Below are positions 25,763 through 34,656 of a DNA stretch of 45,116 nucleotides, piece by piece. The notes under the pieces are model-generated. The model did not search any database. It saw only the letters and a program-made list of their open reading frames with translations, and was not told the origin of the DNA. Each line of letters begins with the position of its first letter. The stretch's first letter is position 1. The stretch spans positions 1 to 45,116 of IMG/VR virus record IMGVR_UViG_3300021431_000034, one strand, 5' to 3'. The position numbers and the translations under genes were made by a program. The DNA is from a virus.

Positions 25763-27669
25763 CAGTTTTCACCTTCTTTCATGAAAATTCTGTACTTTTT
25801 CCCCTGAATTTTCTTGTCTTTTATGGTAAAACCATAGTATTTCTTGACCTGTTTTGAAAATTCGCCTGCTGACATAGGGGTCAGGTTGCTTGCAATGCAG
25901 TATTCCTGATATTGCTTGTACACATTGTTTGTTGGTTCGTTTTCAATCCTGATGTCTTCATCCCTTTCTGCTTCATGGAAGAAACCAAGAACAGGATTGT
26001 TTGTTTCTTCAAATTCTTCCAGTTCACGCTGCATTTCTTCAGATGTGGTGAACTTTCTTTCTGCAAGCAGTCTTTTCAGTGCTGCAAGACCAAGCTGAAT
26101 CATATATTCCATTGATTCCTGACTTTTCAGACTGTCACCAATAAAAGGTTTGAAGTTTGGGTCTTTGTCATCAAAATGTGCATGAAAGGGAACAATGACA
26201 AGTCTTCTTAAAACTGCACTTGAATCCCTTCCTTTTCCTATCCTTGGAATGTTGTTTGCACTGAATATCAACTTCACATAAGGTTCAAAATCAAACTTTG
26301 GTTGCCCTTTCTGTTCAGCATCAATGGTTTCACCTGTGACAATCTTCTTGAAGGATGCTGCATCAGTGACAAATTCATCTGAAATGTCATCACCAATGTT
26401 TGCAAGTTTTCCAAACAGCATGACTGTTGAAAATCTGTCATCCAGTTTCTTTAGGTCAAGCACTGACAGGTTCTTTCTTCCAAGCATGGTCTTCAGCATA
26501 TTCAGGAAGGTGGACTTTCCATTGCTTCCTGCACCAGTCAGGATGAACGCTTTTCCAAGTTCATTCCTTCTGAACATGCAATAACCAATCATTTCTTCAA
26601 GCAGTGACCTGATTTCCTTGTCATGACAGGAAATGTTGTCCATCACTTCATCAGTCAGTTCATAGTATGCATTAGGGTTATAATCCCAAGGGATGATGTT
26701 TGTGATGATGTGGTCAGGTGTGAAGGAAACAAAGCTGTCATCCTGAAGGTTCAGCAGTCCATTCCTGAATGCAATCATCCTTGCATCTGCTGTTGGTGTG
26801 TTTTCCCTGATTAGAATGTCCAAGTATGCCATGACTTCACTTCTTTTTGCCTTGTTTAGCTGTGGAAGATGCTGAATCATAGCAGATTCAATTTCACTTT
26901 GCCCTGGAACATATATCCCTTCTTTGTAAATGTGCAACTGGTTGTTGATTCTGATGATGTGATGGTTATTCTTCAGGAACACTGCAAACTTGTCAAACAG
27001 GAAGGTTGTTCCCTTGAAAAAGACAGGTTTTGCAAATGCTTCATCACGAAGAATCACTTCCAGTTCTTCAGGTGCAAGCGGTTCTTTCAAGACAAATTCA
27101 TTGGTTAGTCTGATTGATTCCCTTGCTTCTTCAACTGAAAAGTCATGTGCCTGAAGTGTCAGGATGTAATTGAACAGTGCCTGATTCCTTCCATCACCAG
27201 TTTCCATTCCAATGAAGTCTGCTGTGGTCTTGACAGGAAGCAGCCACTTTGGAAGGTCTTGTGCTTCTTCCTTCTTTCCAGTAGTGTCATATAAAATCGG
27301 TCTTTCTTTCCCATCAAACTTCAAGACTGAATATGAATTCCGCTTTCCAATCTTGATGTCTGCTGTGATTCCAACCGCAAGTGTTGCATGTGTCCTGTTG
27401 GAATTGACCAAATCAGGATTGTTGAATAAGAAGTGCTTTCCCCTGGTTGTTTTGTAAACTCTGCAACAAAGCTGTTTTTCCTTTACAATGTTGAACAGCA
27501 TTTCAGACTGTTCAAAATCATCCACATCCACCAGGATTGTTTTTTCAGACAAGATTCCTGCAAATTCAGGAAGTTCTTTGACTTCAGCATAAGACTTGAA
27601 AGATGTTCTTCCCTTAAACTTTTCTATGCACTTCTTATTCTGTGTAAGGACATAGCCTTTGAAAAACAT
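25762..27669 (-). CDS. DNA primase-helicase (Prim-Pol N-terminus plus P4/D5-type SF3 helicase)
   Basis: ILVDVDD and RGKHFLF are Prim-Pol motifs. The Walker A motif is ILTGAGSNGKSTFLNML. Confidence 0.85.
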   Translation of the reverse strand: MFFKGYVLTQNKKCIEKFKGRTSFKSYAEVKELPEFAGILSEKTILVDVDDFEQSEMLFNIVKEKQLCCRVYKTTRGKHFLFNNPDLVNSNRTHATLAVGITADIKIGKRNSYSVLKFDGKERPILYDTTGKKEEAQDLPKWLLPVKTTADFIGMETGDGRNQALFNYILTLQAHDFSVEEARESIRLTNEFVLKEPLAPEELEVILRDEAFAKPVFFKGTTFLFDKFAVFLKNNHHIIRINNQLHIYKEGIYVPGQSEIESAMIQHLPQLNKAKRSEVMAYLDILIRENTPTADARMIAFRNGLLNLQDDSFVSFTPDHIITNIIPWDYNPNAYYELTDEVMDNISCHDKEIRSLLEEMIGYCMFRRNELGKAFILTGAGSNGKSTFLNMLKTMLGRKNLSVLDLKKLDDRFSTVMLFGKLANIGDDISDEFVTDAASFKKIVTGETIDAEQKGQPKFDFEPYVKLIFSANNIPRIGKGRDSSAVLRRLVIVPFHAHFDDKDPNFKPFIGDSLKSQESMEYMIQLGLAALKRLLAERKFTTSEEMQRELEEFEETNNPVLGFFHEAERDEDIRIENEPTNNVYKQYQEYCIASNLTPMSAGEFSKQVKKYYGFTIKDKKIQGKKYRIFMKEGEN

Positions 27670-27675
27670 CTTTCA

Positions 27676-28191
27676 TCACTTCCTTTGCTTTAATATTTCC
27701 AAGTTCTGCTTGTACCTTTCAATCTTCTTGGATGCTTCTTCAAACTTCCTGACATACTCTTTGCACTTTGCTTCTGTATTCCGCAAGTGTGATTTTGCAG
27801 CTTTCAGTTCTTCCTTTGCTTTCTTCAGGATTGCTGCAAGGTCTTTCTTCCTTTGACCTTTTGCGTTTTTTTTGTCTTCCTGAATCCTTTCAACCATTCT
27901 TTCATACTGTGTGACCTTTCCTTCCAGTTCAGGGATGTGTTCTTTGGTTTCCTGATAGAATTTAGGCATCAGCTTTTTATATTCTTCAGTTTCAGCAATT
28001 CCCCTGGTACAGTGGTCTTCAATCTGACTGATGACCTTTTCCTGTTCATCCCAATAGCACAAAGCAATCACTTTCTTCAGAAGGAAGTTCAGGTCTTTAC
28101 TGCTGCAAGGAAAGAAGTTTTCAGCATTCAAGGTCATGCATCCATGTCCACCATCAGTCTGATATTTGATTTCAATTGTTTCATGTTCCAT
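27676..28191 (-). CDS. Hypothetical coiled-coil protein
   Basis: 171 aa with a Lys/Glu-rich C-terminal half. It lies between the polymerase and primase genes. Confidence 0.5.
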   Translation of the reverse strand: MEHETIEIKYQTDGGHGCMTLNAENFFPCSSKDLNFLLKKVIALCYWDEQEKVISQIEDHCTRGIAETEEYKKLMPKFYQETKEHIPELEGKVTQYERMVERIQEDKKNAKGQRKKDLAAILKKAKEELKAAKSHLRNTEAKCKEYVRKFEEASKKIERYKQNLEILKQRK

Positions 28192-29943
28192 TCACATCAC
28201 CCCAAATCCTTTCAACCTTTCCTGTGCAGTGTCCACATACCACTGTTTGTTCAGCTTTGCAGGACACTTGACACCATTCACTTCATCATTGAACAGGAAG
28301 CAATGGTCAGGACTGTTTGCAATCTTTTCAGGTCTTCCTGTTCTGATGCTGACCTTCTGCACACCTGCATCTGCTGAACTGTTGGAAGCAAACACCCTGA
28401 TGCACTTTTCCTTGATTTTTTTATTTCCATGAAGGATGCAGTCATACAAGGATGTTATTTTTGCGACCATCTGAAAAGGTTTCAGTTCATCACATCCAAA
28501 GATGGTTGTTTCAATGGGTGTTCCATGCACCATGTATTCTGTCAGTGCCTTGTTGATAATAGGGAAGTCACCATTGTCCAGGTTGGACAGTTCCTTCACA
28601 TAAGCACCTTTTGACTTGTAGTGTCCATCTTCAGCAATGACAATGTAATTGTTGACATCCTTCTGAAACACTTCTCTGTATTCGTCAAATTCAAGCTGCA
28701 AACCAGTTCTTTGTTCCCATTCAAAAGCAACATCATCCACCCAATCAAACCATTCATCTTCATTCAGTCCATCAGGCATCTTCACCAGGACACCATCTGT
28801 GTTTGACTGGATGATTTCACACCTGGATTCCAAGTGTTCAATCAGGTCAAGCAGAAGTAGTTGTCCATAGACACACACCCTGTTTGCTTGAAGTGGGTCA
28901 TACAGTGCATTGTTCTTGTCCTTCATGACACCATAGGTGGAATTCAAGACAATCTTCAGAACCGCCTGCAAAGGGTCTTTTTTCTTCTTCAGTTCCAGTC
29001 TTTGATGATAGATGTCCACAAACTTCTGTGGGTCTGCAATATTCCTTGAATGCAGGTTGTACTTAATCATCAAAGAAGGATAAAGTGAAGCAACATCCAT
29101 GTTCAGGAAATATCCCCTTGCATGATAATGTTCCCTTGCACCATGCACACCGCCCCAAGCAAATGTGTGTGGAACACCTGCAACCATTGTTTCCAGTTTG
29201 TTCTGCTGTGCTTTCTTTCTGCCTGGAACAATGATGTAATACTTTCTGTTTTCAGGGTCTTTGTACCAGTCCACCACATTTGTGTATTTCCTGATGTTCA
29301 TAGTGGATGGAAAATCAATGTCAAATTCATCACCCCTGTCAGGAACTTTGGTTGCATTCAGGATGATTGCTGAAAGTTGTGGTTTTGTCTTTGACAGAAG
29401 GTTCAAGTCAAGTCCTTGACCCGCACATGCAAGTTTCACAAGACCCATCCTTCCATCAAATTCTTCTTTCCGCTGAAGGAAGATTTCAATGGTCTGTTCC
29501 ACATCATGTCTGCAATACTTGACTGTTTCATCCAGTTCTTCCTGTGTCAGCTTCCTGTCAATATCAAATGGAACACTGGATTCCTTGATGTTGTTTCCCA
29601 TTGAACCTTCAAACCACTTCAAACCCCTGTCAAGGTTCAGCATCACATCATAGTTGATAAGTGGTACATTCCGAAGAAGGGAACTGAACTTCCATCCAGG
29701 ATTGTTTTTCACAATGATGAAGTCATTGATTCTTTTAGGGTCAAAACCACAAAGGATTCCTTTCAGGATGTACTGGTCATAGTGCAGTGAATTGAAACCA
29801 ACCCAAATGTCATTGATGTGTGCTTTGTGAATCGCTTCCAGTGCAGCCTGGTCATTGATGATGACATGTTCTTTCTTTTCCGTCATGTCAATGATTACAA
29901 CTAACCAGTCATACTTGAAGACTTCAAAGTCATAAAAAAGCAT
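28192..29943 (-). CDS. Family-B DNA polymerase with 3'-5' exonuclease
   Basis: Exonuclease motifs: YDFEV, NSLHYDQYIL and YCRHDVEQT. Polymerase motifs: DVASLYPS, KIVLNSTYG and SNTDGV. Confidence 0.85.
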   Translation of the reverse strand: MLFYDFEVFKYDWLVVIIDMTEKKEHVIINDQAALEAIHKAHINDIWVGFNSLHYDQYILKGILCGFDPKRINDFIIVKNNPGWKFSSLLRNVPLINYDVMLNLDRGLKWFEGSMGNNIKESSVPFDIDRKLTQEELDETVKYCRHDVEQTIEIFLQRKEEFDGRMGLVKLACAGQGLDLNLLSKTKPQLSAIILNATKVPDRGDEFDIDFPSTMNIRKYTNVVDWYKDPENRKYYIIVPGRKKAQQNKLETMVAGVPHTFAWGGVHGAREHYHARGYFLNMDVASLYPSLMIKYNLHSRNIADPQKFVDIYHQRLELKKKKDPLQAVLKIVLNSTYGVMKDKNNALYDPLQANRVCVYGQLLLLDLIEHLESRCEIIQSNTDGVLVKMPDGLNEDEWFDWVDDVAFEWEQRTGLQLEFDEYREVFQKDVNNYIVIAEDGHYKSKGAYVKELSNLDNGDFPIINKALTEYMVHGTPIETTIFGCDELKPFQMVAKITSLYDCILHGNKKIKEKCIRVFASNSSADAGVQKVSIRTGRPEKIANSPDHCFLFNDEVNGVKCPAKLNKQWYVDTAQERLKGFGVM

Positions 29944-29987
29944 CTTTCAATTCACATCCTTTCTGTTCATTGTCTGCTTTCAAGATA

Positions 29988-30019
29988 CAGTGTGGTCAAA
30001 AAAATTTCTGACCACACTG
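29988..30019 (-). other. Perfect 11-bp hairpin immediately upstream of a GTATCTTGAAAGC box, ahead of the polymerase gene
   Basis: CAGTGTGGTCA (29988-98) pairs with TGACCACACTG (30009-19) across a 10-nt loop. No U-tract follows on the minus strand. Confidence 0.5.
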
Positions 30020-30034
30020 CACTTGATGCAGGAA

Positions 30035-30520
30035 TTATTCAAGCACAAACACTTCTGTGATTTCAAAGGTGTTGAACCCTTTGTTGTTCTTGCCATACTT
30101 CAGTGCATATTCAAAGTTGTCAGTGATTGCTTCCTGAATGTCCATGATAAGGTTTGCATACTGCTTGTAGGTCTTGAACTCAATAACAGGTGCATCATCC
30201 AGTTCAGCAGTCATTGCACGAAGCAGTTCATTCACAATGTGAACCTGGAATCCCTGTGTGATGACCTGGTTCATGAAAATCATGCTTCCCTTGAATTCAC
30301 CATCAGAAACAATCTTGAACCAAATGCTGACCATAGGGTCACCTGCCTTGGATGCTTTCAGTTCCATCTGCTGAACACTGACTTCATAGTCACCAGGTTC
30401 AACATCCTTGTATGTACGATTTGCACCGTCTTTTGCAGCCTGTTCCACATCCGCTGCAAGTCCTTCTGTGTCAATGCTTTTATCCCACTTGTCAAATAAA
30501 TCTGCCATGTCTTTCACCAT
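30035..30520 (-). CDS. DUF669-like protein (putative phage ssDNA-binding protein)
   Basis: GDYEVSVQQMELKASKAGDPMVSIWFKIVSDGEFKGSMIF matches the DUF669 pattern. It is adjacent to an AAA_24/Sak4-like ATPase gene. Confidence 0.6.
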   Translation of the reverse strand: MVKDMADLFDKWDKSIDTEGLAADVEQAAKDGANRTYKDVEPGDYEVSVQQMELKASKAGDPMVSIWFKIVSDGEFKGSMIFMNQVITQGFQVHIVNELLRAMTAELDDAPVIEFKTYKQYANLIMDIQEAITDNFEYALKYGKNNKGFNTFEITEVFVLE

Positions 30521-30569
30521 GTCCTTTCATAAAATAATTAGTTTGTGGTTATATCTGAAGACTGAAGGA

Positions 30570-32375
30570 TTATTCAGTTCTTCTTTTCCTTGTTCTTGTC
30601 CTGGGCTTTGCAGGTTCTTCCTGACCAATCACTTCACCAGTGTTCGGTTCAACAGATTCCTGTGCAGCTTTCATTTCAGCATCTTCTGCTTCAGCCTGTG
30701 CAGTTTCCTTTGCAAGTGCTTCTTCAGCATCAAGCGGTTTGTCAGGAACTGCATCTTCAACAGGTGGATTCATCACTTCTTCACCGACAATTGCACCTGT
30801 TCCCTTGTCCACTTCAGCAACTTCTGCTTTCTTGGTGCTTCTGCTTCTTGCAGGTGCTTTGGAAGTGGTCTGATGCATGGACTGTGCAGCAGCTTCATTT
30901 GCTTCAGCATAGACATCCAGGAATGCATCATAGTCCAAAGGAATTTCATCTGTCTTGGTCAGAAGTCTTCCACCACCAAAGATGACTTCATTGGTCTTGA
31001 AGGACAGTGTTCTGATTTCCCCATCTGCAACAACCCTTGCAACAATGTCCACCATTCCTGCAACCTTGTTTGCTGTCTTTTCCTGAAGGTTCGGTTTGAT
31101 TGCAGTCACCTTGTCACCACCCTTCTTGGTGATGTCCTTGGTGGTGTCTTCATGACTAATCAGAATGATGTTTTCATAGTCAAGACCCATCAACCGCTTC
31201 AGTGTGGACAGGAATTCAGTTCTGACTTTATCCCATGCCCTGAAGGAATCATCACTTTCATGTGTAATTCCCATCTGTTCATACATGTACAGTCTGCACT
31301 GTTCATAGGTGTCTTCAAGAAGGTCAACCACAATGGTCTTGAAGGTGTTGTCTTTCTTTTCCAGTTCGCTGATGACATCCTTGAACACTTCCCATCCCTT
31401 TGTTCTTTTGGTCATCCTTCCGACCACTTCAACCTGGTCTTTGATAGGAATGTAAGGTGCATCCACAAACTTGATGTTTCCATCAGTGTTCAGCATCAAA
31501 GGGTCAGGGAACTTGTTTGCAAAGGTGGTCTTTCCGCTGAAGGGTGAACCATACAACCAAATGACCTTCTTCTGCACCTGCTCAATGTTTCTTCTTTCAT
31601 TTTTCGGTAAAATCATAAAATTCCATCCTTTCTGACAATAGTCATTGTATTCACAATATCTGCATAACCAACTTTGATTCTGTGGAAAATCTGTTGCTTC
31701 AGTCATGTGCTTCACCTGAAACAACCAGTCAAGGACTTTTCCCTGGTCATATTCCACTTCAACCAGTTTTGGTTCAGCATTCCTGCATTCTTCCTGAATC
31801 CTGTTTCTGAAGTCTTGCAAGGATTCATCTTTCTTCTGCTTGCTGTTCACTTTGGGAACACACAAGTAAATCAATTTCCTGATTTTCTTTCCTGGATTCA
31901 GCTTTTCATAAAAATACTTGTAAAGGTGAATCTGCACACTTTCTTTGTAGTGACTGACATTGTTTGAATACTTAAAATCATAAATGTCATACACACCAGG
32001 AAGTTCCTGATATTCACCACCAAGTCTTGTATCTGATGTGACTGGTGCAAGCAGGTCAATGAATCCTTTGAAGTCATCATCTGAAATTTCCACTTCATTG
32101 AACCCTTTTGGAATCAGTGCAGCAGCCTTTGGAATCATCTGTTCCAGTTTGATTGCTTCATTCACATGTGCATCTGTGATGACAGGGAACTGCATGAAGT
32201 ATTCATGAATAGCTGCTTCAACATTCTTTTCCAGTCCAGTGTGCAGTGCTGTTCCAAGAAACAGGGCATTGTCAGGATTGTCTGCTTTGATTGTTTCCAG
32301 GTGTTCTATATACCGCAACCGATATTTGAAAGGACACCCTTCAAAGCATTCCACCCTTGAATGTGACACCTGCAT
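30570..32375 (-). CDS. Fusion of a Cas4/RecB-like PD-(D/E)XK nuclease and an AAA_24 (Sak4-like) ATPase, with an acidic low-complexity tail
   Basis: Nuclease part: an N-terminal Cys (CFEGCPFKY), GFIDLL, DIYDFKYS, QIHLYKY and a C-terminal CRYCEYNDYC. ATPase part: the Walker A motif LYGSPFSGKTTFA. Confidence 0.75.
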   Translation of the reverse strand: MQVSHSRVECFEGCPFKYRLRYIEHLETIKADNPDNALFLGTALHTGLEKNVEAAIHEYFMQFPVITDAHVNEAIKLEQMIPKAAALIPKGFNEVEISDDDFKGFIDLLAPVTSDTRLGGEYQELPGVYDIYDFKYSNNVSHYKESVQIHLYKYFYEKLNPGKKIRKLIYLCVPKVNSKQKKDESLQDFRNRIQEECRNAEPKLVEVEYDQGKVLDWLFQVKHMTEATDFPQNQSWLCRYCEYNDYCQKGWNFMILPKNERRNIEQVQKKVIWLYGSPFSGKTTFANKFPDPLMLNTDGNIKFVDAPYIPIKDQVEVVGRMTKRTKGWEVFKDVISELEKKDNTFKTIVVDLLEDTYEQCRLYMYEQMGITHESDDSFRAWDKVRTEFLSTLKRLMGLDYENIILISHEDTTKDITKKGGDKVTAIKPNLQEKTANKVAGMVDIVARVVADGEIRTLSFKTNEVIFGGGRLLTKTDEIPLDYDAFLDVYAEANEAAAQSMHQTTSKAPARSRSTKKAEVAEVDKGTGAIVGEEVMNPPVEDAVPDKPLDAEEALAKETAQAEAEDAEMKAAQESVEPNTGEVIGQEEPAKPRTRTRKRRTE

Positions 32376-32378
32376 ATT

Positions 32379-32729
32379 TCAACACCACCTTCCTTTCAGT
32401 TCTTCATAAATCCTTTCAGCATCTGTGAAACCTTTTTCCTGCATGATGCTGACCATTTCCTTGAAACTGTCAAAGTCTTGTGGATAAAGAAGAATTGCAA
32501 TTCCACCTGCTTTGTCAATTTCCTTCAGGGTGTGCAACTGAATTTCAGTTGCCTTTCCTTTGGATGCTTTCAGTTCCAGTCCAACAAAGTGACCTTCCAC
32601 ACATGCAAGGATGTCAGGAACACCTGCTTTTGTGAACGCTGCACCGCCCCAATACTTAACAAACCATGCACCCTGGTCTTTCAAGTATTTCTTCACCCTG
32701 TTTTCAAAATTCTTTTCTTCTGCCATCAA
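32379..32729 (-). CDS. VRR-NUC domain nuclease
   Basis: Motif: GVPDILACVEGHFVGLELKASKGKATEIQ. Confidence 0.8.
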   Translation of the reverse strand: MMAEEKNFENRVKKYLKDQGAWFVKYWGGAAFTKAGVPDILACVEGHFVGLELKASKGKATEIQLHTLKEIDKAGGIAILLYPQDFDSFKEMVSIMQEKGFTDAERIYEELKGRWC

Positions 32730-32743
32730 TCACCACCTTCCTT

Positions 32744-32947
32744 TCATGCATTTGCACCATCCTTCCTTCTGATTTCCATGTATTCCTTATATGGAAGACC
32801 CATTGAATCAGCAGCAATGTGAAGGGCATTCTTCTTTGTTCCAAATGTTCCCCTTTCAGACATCACTGGACAATTGGGAAAACCAACCTGGTGTGCATAC
32901 CATCTGTTTGAACCTTTTTCCTTGCTGACTGTATATGTTAGTTTCAT
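32744..32947 (-). CDS. Hypothetical protein (67 aa)
   Basis: ATG 32947 overlaps the HNH stop (ATGA) and sits behind GGAAAGGAAAAGGTG. Confidence 0.5.
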   Translation of the reverse strand: MKLTYTVSKEKGSNRWYAHQVGFPNCPVMSERGTFGTKKNALHIAADSMGLPYKEYMEIRRKDGANA

Positions 32948-33312
32948 GCACCTTTTCCTTTCCGCTTTCTTTTGCATAGACCTGTGTTCCATGCATGTTG
33001 CACATTTTCCTGTTGTGTGACCCATTCAAGCTGACTTGCCCTGCAATCATGCTTCTTGCCTTTCTTGTGGTTCACAACAACCTTTGTTTCAGGGTCAGGA
33101 TTGTCAACAAACGCTTCTGCAACCAAGATGTGAAGCCTGCAACACCTTCCATCCAGTTTCACCCTTAAATAACCCTTTCCGTCATCATAAGGTTGAAGCA
33201 AATTTCCTGTCAGAATGTTCTTGACCTTTCCCATGCTGCTGACCATATAGGAAGGATGTTCTGTGATGATTTTCCATCTTTCACGCAATAACACCCCCCC
33301 TTTACTTGACAT
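32944..33312 (-). CDS. HNH homing endonuclease (NUMOD4 plus HNH_3)
   Basis: ERWKIITEHPSYMVSSMGKVKN is NUMOD4-like, and VNHKKGKKHDCRASQLEWVTQQEN is HNH. The start is uncertain (33339, 33312 or a downstream TTG). Confidence 0.8.
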   Translation of the reverse strand: MSSKGGVLLRERWKIITEHPSYMVSSMGKVKNILTGNLLQPYDDGKGYLRVKLDGRCCRLHILVAEAFVDNPDPETKVVVNHKKGKKHDCRASQLEWVTQQENVQHAWNTGLCKRKRKGKGA

Positions 33313-33667
33313 CAAACCTGATGGATGCTTTCTTTGCACCTGTGGTCTTGGGATAGTCCTTCAGAAGGTCTGCATACAATTCAGGTTCTTCCTTTTCCAT
33401 TTTGGCAAGGTCAACTGTCTGACTTCCTTCAGAACCTGCAACCCTGATGATTTTCAGGAACTGATTGTCAACAGACTTGATTCCATATTCATCCATGACC
33501 TTTCCAAGCTGTTCCTTGAACTTCTTTTCATCCGCTTCCAGTTTCTTCTTTGCCTTGACCGCTTCTGCAAGGTTCTGCATCACTGACAAATACTGTTCTT
33601 CAAACACCTGCAATTCAGCTTCTGTGAACTGCTTCTTTTCATCCAACATTGCAATTTCAGTTGTCAT
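33302..33667 (-). CDS. Hypothetical coiled-coil protein (possibly Gp157-like)
   Basis: ATG 33667 sits behind GAAAGGACAGGTGA. The product is a charged helical protein; family assignment is weak. Confidence 0.45.
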   Translation of the reverse strand: MTTEIAMLDEKKQFTEAELQVFEEQYLSVMQNLAEAVKAKKKLEADEKKFKEQLGKVMDEYGIKSVDNQFLKIIRVAGSEGSQTVDLAKMEKEEPELYADLLKDYPKTTGAKKASIRFDVK

Positions 33668-34436
33668 TTTCTTCACCTGTCCTTTCTTGGTTGATATATT
33701 CTTGAAATTCTGCTTGTCTTGCAGTTATTTCTTCACTGTATGGTGTGGAATGCACACCGCCTGACCAAAGTTTCATTGCAGCCGATTCACCCAAGTTATA
33801 GGACATCAGAACCATGTGTGTATTTCCATTGAATTCTTCAAACAGTTGGTTCAGGACATATATTCCACATCTGATGTTCTGTTCTTCATCCAAGAAGTCT
33901 GTCACACCAAGGTTTTCTGACAGCCACTGGTGATTGCTTTGGTTTATCTGCATCAGACCATAGTCATGTGTTTCACTGACCACTTCAGGTCTGAAGGAAG
34001 ATTCATGGTCAATGATTGCCATGACCAGTGTCCAATCAATGTTGTATGCCCTGGACAGTATGAACACAAATTCCTGAAGGTCTGCATCCATTGGAACATT
34101 CAGTGGTATGAATTCAGCTTCTTCAAACAGACTGTCATTCCTTGTCCATTCAAACACTGTGGTCTGACCTGAAACTGTGTTGTTTCCTGCACCATACATT
34201 GAATTCAGAATGACTTCTGTTTCATCCGCTGAAATGGTGATTCTGTTCATCTGCTTTGAATCATGGTTGTGAACTATGATTCCAGTGATGATGCTTCCAA
34301 GGATTGCACCAAGAAGGAAGCAGATTCCCATTGTCAGGAAAAACTTTTTCACATACTTGTTTGACTTCCTGTTGACCCTGATGCCTGAACCATCCCTGAT
34401 GACCTTTCTTCCATAGTTCCTTTCATTCTGTTCCAT
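33657..34436 (-). CDS. Membrane-anchored lytic transglycosylase (SLT domain)
   Basis: An N-terminal TM segment (FFLTMGICFLLGAILGSIITGIIV) is followed by AIIDHESSFRP...YGLMQIN...YNLG. The likely start is MEQNERNYG (34436). Confidence 0.8.
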   Translation of the reverse strand: MEQNERNYGRKVIRDGSGIRVNRKSNKYVKKFFLTMGICFLLGAILGSIITGIIVHNHDSKQMNRITISADETEVILNSMYGAGNNTVSGQTTVFEWTRNDSLFEEAEFIPLNVPMDADLQEFVFILSRAYNIDWTLVMAIIDHESSFRPEVVSETHDYGLMQINQSNHQWLSENLGVTDFLDEEQNIRCGIYVLNQLFEEFNGNTHMVLMSYNLGESAAMKLWSGGVHSTPYSEEITARQAEFQEYINQERTGEENDN

Positions 34437-34656
34437 TTTCATCATCCCTTTCTTCATAACACACATTTATAATCACTGTTGACAACCCCATCATCACAAA
34501 ACCTGAAATGATGTATGGGATATATGGTCTTATGCTGAAATATTCACCCATTTCATCTGCAAGGTCTGATGCACCTGCTGTTCCAAGAAGAAGGAAGAAA
34601 CCAATCAGGAACAGAAGACCTGCAACCGCTTCAGCACCCTTTTTCAAATAGTTCAT
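34423..34656 (-). CDS. Small two-TM membrane protein
   Basis: 77 aa. The hydrophobic segments are AVAGLLFLIGFFLLLGTAG and IPYIISGFVMMGLSTVII. The RBS is GAGAAAGGAC. Confidence 0.55.
   Translation of the reverse strand: MNYLKKGAEAVAGLLFLIGFFLLLGTAGASDLADEMGEYFSIRPYIPYIISGFVMMGLSTVIINVCYEERDDENGTE

Noticed and set aside
30408-31547. 379-aa plus-strand ORF, the longest plus-strand ORF in the early region
   Set aside because: It is entirely antisense to the well-supported nuclease-ATPase gene. Its composition is Cys/Phe/Ser-rich, which is typical of the reverse strand of purine-rich coding DNA.
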